From positions 42,532,001-42,596,000 of the forward strand of contig CM060733.1 in the NCBI GenBank assembly GCA_030704615.1: 64,000 nt of DNA, written 5' to 3'. This DNA is from Takakia lepidozioides (lineage: Eukaryota; Plantae; Bryophyta). Below are positions 11,880 through 23,900 of the stretch, piece by piece. The first letter of the stretch is position 1. Each line of letters opens with the position of its first letter. Both the position numbers and the translations under genes were made by a program. Under the pieces are notes generated by a model that was not told the DNA's origin, searched no databases, and saw only the letters and a program-made list of their open reading frames with translations.

Positions 11880-12480
11880 ATGGCTCTGAATTCCTACGCT
11901 ATAGTTTGCTGTCCTCCGCAACTTGGGAGAGCCTGGATCCCAAACGAGGGAGGACTTTGCAGAGTGACTGAAACTTACCTTTGTTCCAAATTCAAGCACA
12001 AACCGGGCACAGTTTATTTGGAAGAAGAAAGGAAGGATGTTCCTGGACAGGTTGATGAGACCATTGTCGTGGTAGGTAACGACGGAGGTTGCGGAATCGA
12101 ATGGCACGTACCCCCATCAGACAACATCTTGTACCGAGCTGTGGGAATGCTCATTCCCTTTCCGAATCAGTCGCTGCCCACACCATCCACAAAGGAGTCG
12201 GGAAACCGACAGGCGGCCACTGCCAATAGAGAGGTATGCAACGATAATCATTCCCGACCTGGACCGTCAAGACCCTCCATAGCTTCTCGTGTGGACGTAT
12301 TCGACATTTCCGACGAGGAAGATGAGTGCATTGAGGTTCCCATGTCCTCCACACGGTCGTTCAAATCCGACATGGACGTCTCTGCAGGTGCTACGTATGT
12401 ACCCTCGAGCATAACTCCAACCCGGTCCATTGTGCAGCTCCTACGGCAACATCACCTCGATGGTTCTCGCTCCAAGCTGG
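11880..12480 (+). pseudogene. N-terminal part of element A transposase, cut by Gypsy G1
   Basis: ORF 11664-12536 runs into the LTR. Its acidic DISDEEDECIEVP...SIVQLL..GSRSKL segment parallels element B (LSDSSSEDVYEIP...SVIPKL..GCKSEL). Confidence 0.7.
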
Positions 12481-13326
12481 TGTTAGAGGGCTGCTTGGGA
12501 CTTAGACCTTTTACGGGTTCTGTGGGGTACCCTTAATTTTTACGCAAACTGAGACCAATATGAGCCTTAGGGGTGGCAGCAGCAGGCTTTAGGGGGGTTA
12601 CACAGCCTGACACAGCTTTACACATCCCGGCACAGCCCGACACAGCCTTACACAGCCAGTCACAGCTCGGCACAACTTGACACATCCTGTCACAGTACAT
12701 GGGGAACTGTTATCATTGGCAGGGAACGACTGTGAGGGAAGGACATCTGCATAAGGAACGTGTTACTACAGGGATGACGGTTAATTAGTTAGGTGGTTAG
12801 AACAACTTGCGGGCAGATAAGGGGAGCGGCAACGGAAAGAGGGGACACTTCACGGAGAGCGCTTCTTGGTCATGGAGGGGAGGAGATCAGGCGGAGAGCA
12901 AGAACGAGAGCACGGAGAAGGAGGAGAGATGAACAGTAGATGCTTATTACATGCAGAGCTGTAGTGATACTGTAGGGCGGATTAAAGTCACCTTGACATT
13001 GGTCTAGTACCTGATAAATCATAATCTGATACTTATTCAATACAAGCACACTGTGTAGAGTGACATGAGTGAAGCTGTGAAATGAATGCATGATTAATTG
13101 GAATTACGTAGATACTGAAGCAATCTGATGCTTCAGTATCAGATAAGGTGAATTGATAACATGAAGGCAAGAAGGAATACAAATGGGAAGCACAACCATG
13201 ATTCACTAGCTGTAGGTCATGACTGATTGTACTGAGCGGGCTGAGTGCTTAGAAATATCCAACTCTTCTATCTTGGAGTTTCCACCTCGCATAGCGAAGG
13301 GATGGGTGAGTAAAAGCCGTTCGACA
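12481..13326 (+). repeat. G1 5' LTR
   Basis: TGTTAGAGGG...GTTCGACA; direct repeat of 44381-45259; contains CACAGC short repeats. Confidence 0.95.
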
Positions 13327-13328
13327 TT

Positions 13329-13346
13329 TGGCGACCATACTGGGGA
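13329..13346 (+). promoter_or_regulatory. G1 primer binding site TGGCGACCATACTGGGGA (tRNA-Arg-like; identity uncertain)
   Basis: TGG-initial sequence 2 nt after the LTR end; same position in G2 (47288). Confidence 0.7.
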
Positions 13347-13914
13347 ACTGGGTCATGAACAGCCAGATGTGACAGGCATCTGGTGGGATCATGGTGGATG
13401 GAGAATTAAAGAATTTGATGTGAATCAAATTCCCTGTGAAACTGAGAAGGAAAGATTGTCCAAACAATTCTTTCAGAGGTTCTTGGAATTGCCAGACGGT
13501 TGTAAAGAAAACATTCTTAAGAGAGTGCATGATGCTGACCCTGAGTGGGGTCTGGAGAAAGGGGTGATAAAGATTTATCAGGTGGCGTGTAGAGGAAGAG
13601 CACGTTGGTTACCAACACTAGTTTATGTGATAGCATTGCTATCCATTAAGCGAGTAGAGTTTGAAGGCTGGGAGGAGAGGAAGGTGAATATTTATACTCA
13701 TATGCATGAAGAGCTTGTACTGGTAAAGAATTGGATTCCAAAGGATATTTTGTGGATCAAACTCACACCAAGAACAGCTTTCCAGACTTGTTTGCCATAT
13801 GGTTATATGGTAACGGAGACTTCTAGTATAGCTAAGGGTGCATTGAAGCTTGAAAGAAACCCAGGCATATACGAGAGATACTATAGAAGAGAGTTTTGGT
13901 TATTGCCACATTAA
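13330..13914 (+). CDS. G1 extra ORF upstream of gag, unknown function
   Basis: Open frame (track 13219-13914); homologous copy in G2 (about 47290-47873, with stops). Confidence 0.55.
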   Translation, partial: GDHTGELGHEQPDVTGIWWDHGGWRIKEFDVNQIPCETEKERLSKQFFQRFLELPDGCKENILKRVHDADPEWGLEKGVIKIYQVACRGRARWLPTLVYVIALLSIKRVEFEGWEERKVNIYTHMHEELVLVKNWIPKDILWIKLTPRTAFQTCLPYGYMVTETSSIAKGALKLERNPGIYERYYRREFWLLPH

Positions 13915-14801
13915 AGAAATGAAAGACATGGGACATGAGTGATGAAAGAGAAGCTAGACTCCAGAGATATTCAGCAAAAAGAGAAAGTTATCTAAAAGCT
14001 AATCATCCATATCTTTGGGAGAGAGGATGTAGTGTGAATGCAGGGGAGTGACATTACATTTTGGCTTCACCGTTAAGACCCTGCATCACTATAATGGGAG
14101 GGCCATCATACCAACTGCAAGAGGGATATATCCCTCCATACAGGTAATTTTGTGGGCATACTGTACTCATGCGTTGCCAAAATAAAAATGGCTAAGTTGT
14201 GACCATGCATTTTTCATCCATGCGATGAACGTTTTCGTCACTGATGCTCAACCTAAAATCCGCGAGGAAGGAAGAACGAAGAGGAAGGTGACGGGCGATT
14301 CGTAGCAGCTGCCGCGAGCTGTGGTGTTGACAGGGCAGTCTGTGTTGAGAGGTTGTACCTGCGCTGTGGGACTTCGCTTGGTTTAGAGGGCAGCATTAAG
14401 TGCCTTTCCTTTATTACCAAGCAGGGTTTATGAACGATGAATTTGATTTCAGCATTGCATCAGGATATGAACGACTTAAGCCCTTTTGTTGAAAGAAAAA
14501 GAGAGATGTTGGGGTATTCAGGTTGAATCTGAAGAAGGGATGAGAGCTGTTTTGGGAAATGGGATCTTTTAAAAGAAAGGGGTAGTGTGAAGGGTTGAGT
14601 ATTGACGGGGAGAAGAGAGAGAGAGAGATAGAGAGACTGATGAAAGGGATGGTTTTGCCTTGTGAGACCAAGGATGACTTCATGGCTGGCTGCACTGGAT
14701 GCCTGGCGGAGTGTGCATTTGCATTACGTGATAGATGGGCTGTATGTGAAGAAGTAAGGAGCATGTAGACATAGACAGAGATAGAGAAACAGACGAGAAA
14801 A

Positions 14802-14804
<3 letters not shown>

Positions 14805-14877
<73 letters not shown>

Positions 14878-14878
14878 G
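14805..14878 (+). repeat. (AG)n microsatellite in L2 5' LTR (shorter allele at about 20865-20900 in the 3' LTR)
   Basis: Visible dinucleotide run. Confidence 0.95.
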
Positions 14879-15474
14879 CTGCTCAGCAAAAAGGGTTGAT
14901 GGGGGGATGGCCAACTTGGGGAGATTGAGATGAAGAAAGCATGAATCCTGAAGGAAAACCAGTGCCCCTGCAGTTTATGAAGATCTGAGCTGTCTCCCTC
15001 TAAATCTGTGTCACCATTACAAAAAGGGATTTCCGACATGTCACTGCTCAAGGGGTTCACATTAAGGGTCGTATTCACCGCTGCCATTGGGCTGCTTGCA
15101 TCACATAAAAGATCACGCCAACACTGTTGGCACAGTGAGCATAGGGCAGGCTGTTGCATAGAAGTAGAACCGAGGGCAAGAACAAACCAAAGACTCCCAT
15201 CCATGTCTTCTCTTCCGCTGCGGCGTGGATGAGGATTCCGCAAACTCTGATCACGAACGAACCTGAAGGAAAAACCCATATAGCCTCATGACGATGGTTG
15301 GACAGAAAAGAGAACGCTCCTTTCCTTTGCCCTGATACTTCAACAGGGACGAGTAGGAGGAGTACAGATTTAGGATTAACCAGAAGGGGATTCACGCCCC
15401 TTCTTTTGGTATCAGAGCAGGCCGGTCTTTGATCCGGGAAATGTAGGATTTAGTGTAGCAAGATAGGGGAGTGA

Positions 15475-17802
15475 TTGCGAGCAATGGTGACTAACATTCC
15501 ATTTTACGGGAAGGAGGATGAGGATGTTTGCAGCTGGATCCAGAATCTGAAAAGGGATGGAGAAATCCGGAGCTATGATAAGCACAAGTTATTTGTATCG
15601 GCATGGCTGAATCTCAAGGGACGGGCAGATACTTGGCATCGTATACAAAAACCAAGGCCCATGAACTGGCATGATTTTCAAGTAGCCATAATCTTGAAAT
15701 TTGGAGGAGAAGATCAATCAAGTAAGAATGAAGTGATGTTAGCAAGGAAGTTTGATGAGATAGATACCAATGTGGAAGAGTCTGTTACAGGGATGGAAGA
15801 GAAATTATCTCTGATTGAGAAGGATAAGCACAACAGGTTCACACCTGTGAGTTCTATTGATCATAAACCTATACCAGATCACAAAACAATGTCACGGAGG
15901 TGCTTTAGGGAGAAGAACCACACCAGTGAAGTCCCTGCAATGCTTCCTCGAGTTCTCAACTTGAACAAAACAAGGCAGCAAGTAGAGTGTTGCACTGCAT
16001 GTCCATCAAGACAGAATCAGATCCGAAGTGAAAAGAATCACCGGCTGGGGCTGCAAATGGGAACATGTGGAATGCAAGATTCAGGCTGTGAAATGTTGGA
16101 ACAATGGGAGTCGAAGAGCAGCAGAAGGATGGAATTCGAATGTGTAAGCTCTCTTGGCACAAACGTTGTGAATGTGTTTTGTGATGTGGAAGAAGAGATC
16201 TTGGAAGATATCTTTTGTTCAACAGAGAGTCAATCAGGTGTCAATGAAGAGTGTGCACCTAGATTGCAAGTTCCTGTGCAGATCCTAAGGTCTTCTACAA
16301 AGGCACATGTAGATCAAGACATGCTTGGGGAGTATGGGCATAGTGTTGCCAACTCACCAAGGATTAGTGGTACAACCTGTGAAGTGAGTGTCTTGAGAGA
16401 CGAAGATGACAAGGAGTCTTGGGCAGATCTGATGGAATGGGTGGAGGAAGAGTATGGGCAGAGCGTCACCAACTCGCCAAGGATTGGTGGTACAACCTGT
16501 GAAGTGAGTGTCTTGAGAGACGAAGATGACAAGGAGTCTTGGGCAGATCTGATGGGATGGGTAGAGGAAGAGTGTACATTGCTCGCTCAAACGAGAAAGG
16601 GTCTGGATCAAGATGCACCTCTGGAATCAGACATAAAGGATGCACAGTTGGAGATAGAGCAAGACATGCGGAAAAAATGTGGAACCAAGCAAGAGTTAGA
16701 AGCAAGGGATGATTGTCTTGATCATGATACCGCCACCACACCAATATACAGAAATCTTGATGTCATCAACGACAACGTGCAAGGGTTGTGTGGTCAAAAT
16801 TTATTGAGTGAAGAAGAGTTCAGAAGTAGGAAGTTTCAGTTGCACGACCAATGCTATGTAGATGGGCAGGTCACTGCCTTTTGTTCATCCAAGAAGGGTC
16901 ATATGGAGTGTAAAGAAAGACACACATGTGGACACCAATTGGGAATGGGAGGAGTGAGATGTGCGCAATGCAAGACAAAGGAGGACAATGAACCTGAATA
17001 CAAAAGGAGTTCGGAACACTCAAGTAAAGGAGGACATACGACCAATATAGCACATGAGAAGGATGACAAGGAAGATGGTATGTCTAAGTGGATGTTGGTT
17101 GAGTGCACAAGAGACATCAGCTTGCATGACAACTTGGGATCAGATGTGAGTCCGCTGAAATCACCAGTTCGTGCCAAAAGCCAGAGTGTCTCTCCAGCCC
17201 TTGAAACTGTAGATGTTGATACAAGGAAACTTGAATTCCCACCCACAAAACAAAGGATGGGAGATTTGAGTACCGTTCACAAGAAAGATTTGAAATCTTC
17301 TCACGGTTCAACACTCTTGTTGTGGAAAATGGGGAAACTAGCAGCAAAGTTTGACTCTCTTAGAGAGATGCATCTTGGGATGGAGAGGATGCATAGGGAT
17401 CAGAAAGAGAAGGTTGGCCTTTCTGCTGAGAAGACCCTGGTTGACCTGATAACGTTCAGAGGTCAGCCAATGAACTATGCCCAGCAAAGGGTATGGGATC
17501 CGGGTACACGAGGACATCTGAGAATGCTCAGTGCAAGCTCAAGCATTAAAGTGAAGGAGCTGCATGTCTTGTATGGGAGGCAGCTCATGACAAGTCATGT
17601 CTCTGTAGAGAGTAATCTGCAGCCTATGGAGCTGAAAAAACAAGAGCAGAGCAGCTCTGGAACAGCCGCTCCACCAAGTGACAGTTTGATTGAGGAAAGA
17701 AGTGGAGAAGGTTGTGAAAAGGGTGACTCGGTGGTGCTGTATGAAGGTAATGTGCCATCATCCCCAAGCATACCTAGATCATTGGCATCACATGGGTGCT
17801 AA
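15475..17802 (+). CDS. L2 gag-like ORF with long low-complexity tail and a 120-bp internal duplication (16329-16572)
   Basis: N-terminal FYGKEDEDVCSWI...LNLKGRADTW...WHDFQVAIILKFG is retrotransposon gag-like; starts just after the PBS. Confidence 0.75.
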   Translation: MRAMVTNIPFYGKEDEDVCSWIQNLKRDGEIRSYDKHKLFVSAWLNLKGRADTWHRIQKPRPMNWHDFQVAIILKFGGEDQSSKNEVMLARKFDEIDTNVEESVTGMEEKLSLIEKDKHNRFTPVSSIDHKPIPDHKTMSRRCFREKNHTSEVPAMLPRVLNLNKTRQQVECCTACPSRQNQIRSEKNHRLGLQMGTCGMQDSGCEMLEQWESKSSRRMEFECVSSLGTNVVNVFCDVEEEILEDIFCSTESQSGVNEECAPRLQVPVQILRSSTKAHVDQDMLGEYGHSVANSPRISGTTCEVSVLRDEDDKESWADLMEWVEEEYGQSVTNSPRIGGTTCEVSVLRDEDDKESWADLMGWVEEECTLLAQTRKGLDQDAPLESDIKDAQLEIEQDMRKKCGTKQELEARDDCLDHDTATTPIYRNLDVINDNVQGLCGQNLLSEEEFRSRKFQLHDQCYVDGQVTAFCSSKKGHMECKERHTCGHQLGMGGVRCAQCKTKEDNEPEYKRSSEHSSKGGHTTNIAHEKDDKEDGMSKWMLVECTRDISLHDNLGSDVSPLKSPVRAKSQSVSPALETVDVDTRKLEFPPTKQRMGDLSTVHKKDLKSSHGSTLLLWKMGKLAAKFDSLREMHLGMERMHRDQKEKVGLSAEKTLVDLITFRGQPMNYAQQRVWDPGTRGHLRMLSASSSIKVKELHVLYGRQLMTSHVSVESNLQPMELKKQEQSSSGTAAPPSDSLIEERSGEGCEKGDSVVLYEGNVPSSPSIPRSLASHGC

Positions 17803-19177
17803 TGGCCTTGAAGAGTGCTTTGACATTGTAACTGAAGGAGCTAAGGCTATGCCAGCAGATGCAATTCAGAGAGGCAATGAGCTTTCTACAGATGCTGGAG
17901 ATGAAGGAGAGAAGCCCAAACAGGTGACGTTCCTGTGTGTGTTGAATGCATGTGCGAACCTGGCAGACCGGGTAAAAGGCGAAGAGGTCCATGATGACAG
18001 TATCAAATCTGGTATTGCACCAGATATCATTATGGAGACTGCCATTGTTGACAGGTATGCCAAACGTGGGAGCATGAATGCACAACATGTGTGTGACAAT
18101 GTGTCTCACAGAAAAGTGGGGCCATGGAGAGTAATGGTTGCAGGTTATGCCCAGCATGGCTCTGAAGCACAGACCCTGCAACTGTTTGAACAAATGGAGC
18201 AGGAAGGTATGCCACCCAATCTGCTCTCATGGAGTGCAATGATTTCAGGATATGCCCAGCATGGTTGTGAAATTCAGGCTCAGGAGATGGATGGGCAGTT
18301 GATGTGGGAGGCTATGAAGCCTACCCATGTCACGATCACTTCTACTTGCAAGGCATACACCAGCCCTGAATCTCTTAAAGAGGGCAGGCTGGTTGAAAGG
18401 GAAGAAGGAAGGCATGGTAACCAGAGGGTTGCCCATGACTTGCCACCAACAATACAAATGAAATTGCAGCCTGCTGTTGAGGACAACCTGCATGCAGGAA
18501 ATGAGGCAGTACGAAAGGTGCAAGTGTCGATGGGAGCACAAGTGGTAGCTGAGATTCAAAACAAGGAGCCAGGGAGCAACAACAAAATTGGGAAACGCTG
18601 GTTTGTGTGGGAAGGAGATCAGGACCTGCCTGGCATGAACTACAAGAAGAGGAAGAAGGCATTGTCACAAATTGGATTTGCTCTGGCCGGCGGAACAAAT
18701 GGACAGCCGGGACACTGTCACTTAAACAAGAGAGGCTGGACGACGATGCAAGCTCAGGGATGGAGCACGAAAACTGTGGCCAAGGAAGAAGGCCATGAAA
18801 TTGGCATGATGAGTTGCATGGAAACCAGGTGGTGGTGTCAGTTTGAGAACAACCCTGCTCGCACCAGCCAGACAGAAGTGGCCATGAAGATTATGAGCAG
18901 AGAGGGGTTTCCCTTTGCTGAAGGCCAAGGCATGACAATCAAAAACAATATTATGAACGGACCTCTCCAAGATATCTGGAGCAGAAACAGAAGGGGAATT
19001 AACACAATGTACCTATTGGGAGTACCTTATGATCCTGGAAGGGAAGCTGCACGCAAATGCAGGCTAAGAGATGGGGCAAACAAGGAATGGGTAAGAAGTA
19101 GGCGAGATTTGAAACCATTCATACCACCAGTGGGTGGTCAGCCAGTGAAGGTGGTCAGTGAGGACCCTGACACTTAA
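17690..19177 (+). CDS. L2 ORF2 containing degenerate PLS-class pentatricopeptide repeats (about 17890-18390)
   Basis: KPKQVTFLCVLNACA, ETAIVDRYAKRGS, WRVMVAGYAQHG, LFEQMEQEGMPPNLLSWSAMISGYAQHG. Confidence 0.85.
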   Translation: MRKEVEKVVKRVTRWCCMKVMCHHPQAYLDHWHHMGANGLEECFDIVTEGAKAMPADAIQRGNELSTDAGDEGEKPKQVTFLCVLNACANLADRVKGEEVHDDSIKSGIAPDIIMETAIVDRYAKRGSMNAQHVCDNVSHRKVGPWRVMVAGYAQHGSEAQTLQLFEQMEQEGMPPNLLSWSAMISGYAQHGCEIQAQEMDGQLMWEAMKPTHVTITSTCKAYTSPESLKEGRLVEREEGRHGNQRVAHDLPPTIQMKLQPAVEDNLHAGNEAVRKVQVSMGAQVVAEIQNKEPGSNNKIGKRWFVWEGDQDLPGMNYKKRKKALSQIGFALAGGTNGQPGHCHLNKRGWTTMQAQGWSTKTVAKEEGHEIGMMSCMETRWWCQFENNPARTSQTEVAMKIMSREGFPFAEGQGMTIKNNIMNGPLQDIWSRNRRGINTMYLLGVPYDPGREAARKCRLRDGANKEWVRSRRDLKPFIPPVGGQPVKVVSEDPDT

Positions 19178-20865
19178 AAAGGGAGACACACTACATATGT
19201 AGTGTGAATGCAGGGGAGTGACATTACATTTTGGCTTCACCGTTAAGACCCTGCATCACTATAATGGGAGGGCCATCATACCAACTGCAAGAGGGATATA
19301 TCCCTCCATACAGGTAATTTTGTGGGCATACTGTACTCATGCGTTGCCAAAATAAAAATGGCTAAGTTGTGACCATGCATTTTTCATCCATGCGATGAAC
19401 GTTTTCGTCACTGATGCTCAACCTAAAATCCGCGAGGAAGGAAGAACGAAGAGGAAGGTGACGGGCGATTCGTAGCAGCTGCCGCGAGCTGTGGTGTTGA
19501 CAGGGCAGTCTGTGTTGAGAGGTTGTACCTGCGCTGTGGGACTTCGCTTGGTTTAGAGGGCAGCATTAAGTGCCTCTGCTTGGTATTCTGTGTAAAGGGA
19601 AGCGGTGCCGTCTTTCTCGTTGTGATGATCAATTCATGGAGATAGGAGCATGTAAGGAGAGCGGCGCACCACCGCTGCTGCCACTGTCTTGAAGATGACA
19701 GTTATGGGCAGATGAGCAAGCAAGGAGAACGGCCACCTGCCAGAAGCACAAGGAAGAGAATCTGAGCACAATCAATGGAGGCGATAAGGCATGTGGAGTG
19801 CTGGCTGGATGGCAACACAGGTTATCTGTAATCAGGCTTCTAGCTGCCTTTTTGTCTTCTTGCTATAGGTCCATTTCAGTTCTTAAAGAGCTACATGCAT
19901 AGAAGAATAGAGCAATTTAGTTGGCAAACCACAGGATGCTCCATAGGATGATGAGGAGACATCATGGCATGATAAACTCTGGAATCAAGACAAGGAGAAA
20001 AGGTTGTGGTGGCTGCTGACAGGCGATGGTGAGGTGCCATCTCGGCAGGCTGACCCACCGCTTCACTGGAGGATAAAAACAGATAAGTTGGTAGACTGTG
20101 GGCTTCTTCTTTTGGCGGACTTAGAAATCGCTTTTGGTAGATTTAGGACTGCCCTGGTTGTTAAAAGGAAAGGGTGGAGACATGTGATAGAGGAAAGGTT
20201 TTTGGAAATGGAATGGAGACTCTGGACTTCAAACCAGGACATGGAAGGAATGGATACACCTGCCGTCGTAGTGTCAGTAAGAAAAATGAGTGAAGAGAGA
20301 GAGAGAGAGACTGTTGTCACAGAAAACAGAATGGTCACTGTTGTCTTCATTCTTGTTCTTGTTTCAGTGTTGTAAACCTGCACACAATGCTGCGGGGGGG
20401 GGGGGGTAGTGATACACTGGACCCAATGTAGATATAGCTTGTTTGCTTGGAGAGATAACTGAGGGTAAGCTGGAACTGTATGAAAACACAAAAGGGATAA
20501 GGTGTGATTTCAGCATTGCATCAGGATATGAACGACTTAAGCCCTTTTGTTGAAAGAAAAAGAGAGATGTTGGGGTATTCAGGTTGAATCTGAAGAAGGG
20601 ATGAGAGCTGTTTTGGGAAATGGGATCTTTTAAAAGAAAGGGGTAGTGTGAAGGGTTGAGTATTGACGGGGAGAAGAGAGAGAGAGAGATAGAGAGACTG
20701 ATGAAAGGGATGGTTTTGCCTTGTGAGACCAAGGATGACTTCATGGCTGGCTGCACTGGATGCCTGGCGGAGTGTGCATTTGCATTACGTGATAGATGGG
20801 CTGTATGTGAAGAAGTAAGGAGCCTGTAGACATAGACAGAGATAGAGAAACAGACGAGAAAAGGA

Positions 20866-20900
<35 letters not shown>

Positions 20901-23900
20901 GCTGCTCAGCAAAAAGGGTTGATGGGGGGATGGCCAACTTGGGGAGATTGAGATGAAGAAAGCATGAATCCTGAAGGAAAACCAGTGCCCCTGCAGTTTA
21001 TGAAGATCTGAGCTGTCTCCCTCTAAATCTGTGTCACCATTACAAAAAGGGATTTCCGACATGTCACTGCTCAAGGGGGTTCACATTAAGGGTCGTATTC
21101 ACCGCTGCCATTGGGCTGCTTGCATCACATAAAAGATCACGCCAACACTGTTGGCACAGTGAGCATAGGGCAGGCTGTTGCATAGAAGTAGAACCGAGGG
21201 CAAGAACAAACCAAAGACTCCCATCCATGTCTTCTCTTCCGCTGCGGCGTGGATGAGGATTCCGCAAACTCTGATCATGAACGAACCTGAAGGAAAAACC
21301 CATATAGCCTCATGACGATGGTTGGACAGAAAAGAGAACGCTCCTTTCCTTTGCCCTGATACTTCAACAGGGACGAGTAGGAGGAGTACAGATTTAGGAT
21401 TAACCAGAAGGGGATTCACGCCCCTTCTTTTCACACTACAAGGAATAGACATAGGGGAATCATCTGGACCTCTCACACCATTAAGATCAGAGAGTACATC
21501 ACCCATACCGGAAGAACTAGAGTTGGATGCCACTCCTTCTTTTTCTTTGCAAGAAAGATTAAGGGAATTGGTACGGGAAGAAGATCAACCACGAGGTGAA
21601 AGATCTGAGGTACATCCTTGGATAAAAGATTTGACAAAAATCTTTGATAAGAGTTGGCATGGAACACCAAAAGCAAGAACTCCAGTTTCTGAAACGGAAG
21701 GTGAAGAAGGAGGAGAGGATGTGGCAGAGCCAACGAAGAGTTCAGACTCTCCAACACCATTGCAGTTGAGTTACATGAGTGAAGAAGAAACCCAAGGGCG
21801 GCAGAACTTGGAGGATGAAAACAAGAAATTGGAAGAGGAAGAGTATGAAGGAGTAGACCCAACAGCTGAGGTTGAGACTACAACCAATACATCCCAACCC
21901 GTTGGACCTGGATCAAGTGGAACACTTGGATCACAGACCAACGAAGGTGTCGGCTCAGGGGGATCAGGCGGGCTGCCTGGATCTGGCTCTGGGGGGACAG
22001 TGGGAAGTAGTGCAACTGAAGCTGGGAATACTGTGAATATCGTGGGGCCAGTACAAAGGAGTGCTCATGGGCCACCACTTGGTGGAAGATCCACCACAAC
22101 AACAACAGGTCCTGAAGGACCAGCACCAGCAAGGGTGCCAGCACCTGTCAGTGGGTCGAAGGTAGGGCCACAGATGGCGTTACAACCAACACGGGCAAAA
22201 CCACCTTTTCCAATATATTCAGGAAAAGGGGATCCCGATGTACACATTAGCCAATTTGAGCACATGTGTATTGTGAACAATGAGAATGGCGATGATGCCA
22301 AGATGAGATTGTTTCCTTGTTCACTTATCAAGAAAGCAAGTGAATGGTATGCAAGATTCCCTGATAACCTGGAATGGCTTGAATACAACATTCCGAAATA
22401 GGTTCAGGACAAGTAAAACTGAGGATGAAGTGTATGGAAGTTTACAACAGTTAAAGCAAAAGAAGCATGAAACTGTTGAGGAGTATATGGAAAAAATGGA
22501 ATTGATGATGAAAAAGCTGGCTGCTGTACTAGCACCAGGTTTATAGAAGACTTGGTTTGTGAGTGGACTAAGACCAGAGTTGCAAAAGAAAGTGGATATG
22601 TTATCCTATAATACAGTGGATGAGGCATTTGAAACAGCGAACAAAATTGAGCAATTGGGAATGCTCAGGAGAGTGAAAAAGGATGATGAGGACTCTGAGG
22701 ATGAGTCAGATGAGGAAGAAGAGCAGGAGCTGAAAAGGAAGAGTAAGAGGAAGGAAAAGTTGAAGAGGGATAACTATGAGAAAAGATTAGAAGAAATCTT
22801 TGAAGAAGTATGCCACAGAGGCTGTAACACATTGGAGGAAGGGTGTTTGGTGTGCAAAGTGCCAGAATGAAGGCCATACTGAATGCCACATGAAGGAGAA
22901 ACATTGTACTATCTATCAGATGGATAACCATTCTACTGAGAATTGTTACTACAACAGAAGGACAGCTGCAAGAGAACCTAGGCAAGTAAGGGTGCATCAA
23001 GTGCAGCCCCAGCCAAGAAGAAACATTGATCAGGACCACTATGGTAGGCCCGGTGGTTATAACAATGGTATGGAAGGGAGAGATAATTCAAGAGGGAATT
23101 ACCAAGGAAATTCTAGGGGCAACTATCAGGGTAATCCAAGGGGGAATTACCGGGGGGTGCTATTCCGTGAGGCCGGAGGCGTGAGCCTGTGAGCCCAGGA
23201 AAGCGTGAGCCCAGCACAGGCTCATGCCACGTCAGCATGCAAACAATGCCTATTTCCGCGGATGTCACCTATTTCCAAGTGGTGTCATCTATTTCCGCGG
23301 GTTGATGTGGGTAGAATTGAGAATGCCTAAACAGTTTTTGATGAGGTGGACTTCACCGTGATGGATTCACCAACCATTCTTCTAGCAGGAATAGTTTGGG
23401 GACCAACTAGCAAATGATGCGAGAATGCTCTACATGAACCAAAGTGGTTTGTTTGTTTTCGCAATGTACTCCAGTCTGTGAGGTCCACAAAACATCAAAT
23501 AGATTGAAGGAACAATCCAGGCAGTCCATGCAACCCCCATCTCCAATAATAGTTTGTAACCATGAATGTGAATTCCAGGCACACATTGCAAACAGGACAA
23601 CAAGGACACACAACCATCCCATTTCAAATTTGGCCCAGAATTAAACCAAAAGAAAACTTCATATCAAGTGTCGCAGTCATCACAATCAGTGTCCACCTCT
23701 TGTGCTATGTCATCTACAAAGATTCTGGCCCCAACACCACGTGTTCTACGAAGGCCGTCGTAAGGTGGACTCAGAGTGCCATGAACGGACATGCTTGCTG
23801 CGAGTGCCTCCGCATAGACAGGTAGCACGCAAGACCGAGGAGGACTGCAAACAAGTCCAAATAGGTGTGATAGCCCTGGAGGGCAAGTGGAAGCACGCGG

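Larger units (their letters stand above)
14028..21440 (+). mobile_element. Non-autonomous LTR retroelement L2 (gag-like plus captured PPR, no pol), inserted in G1 gag
   Basis: Termini TGTAGTGTGAA...TTCACACTACA; 4-bp TSD AGGA (empty site seen in G2 near 47985); LTRs 14028-15406 and 19198-21440; tRNA-Met PBS TGGTATCAGAGC at 15407; PPT AAAAAGGGAGA at 19176-19186. Confidence 0.93.

Noticed and set aside
14414-15279. ORFs with SLSLSL runs (also 20364-21074)
   Set aside because: Antisense read-through of the (AG)n microsatellite in the L2 LTRs.
17690-19177. Functional host PPR editing-factor gene
   Set aside because: Only a few degenerate motifs, no E/DYW domain, and it lies inside an LTR element.
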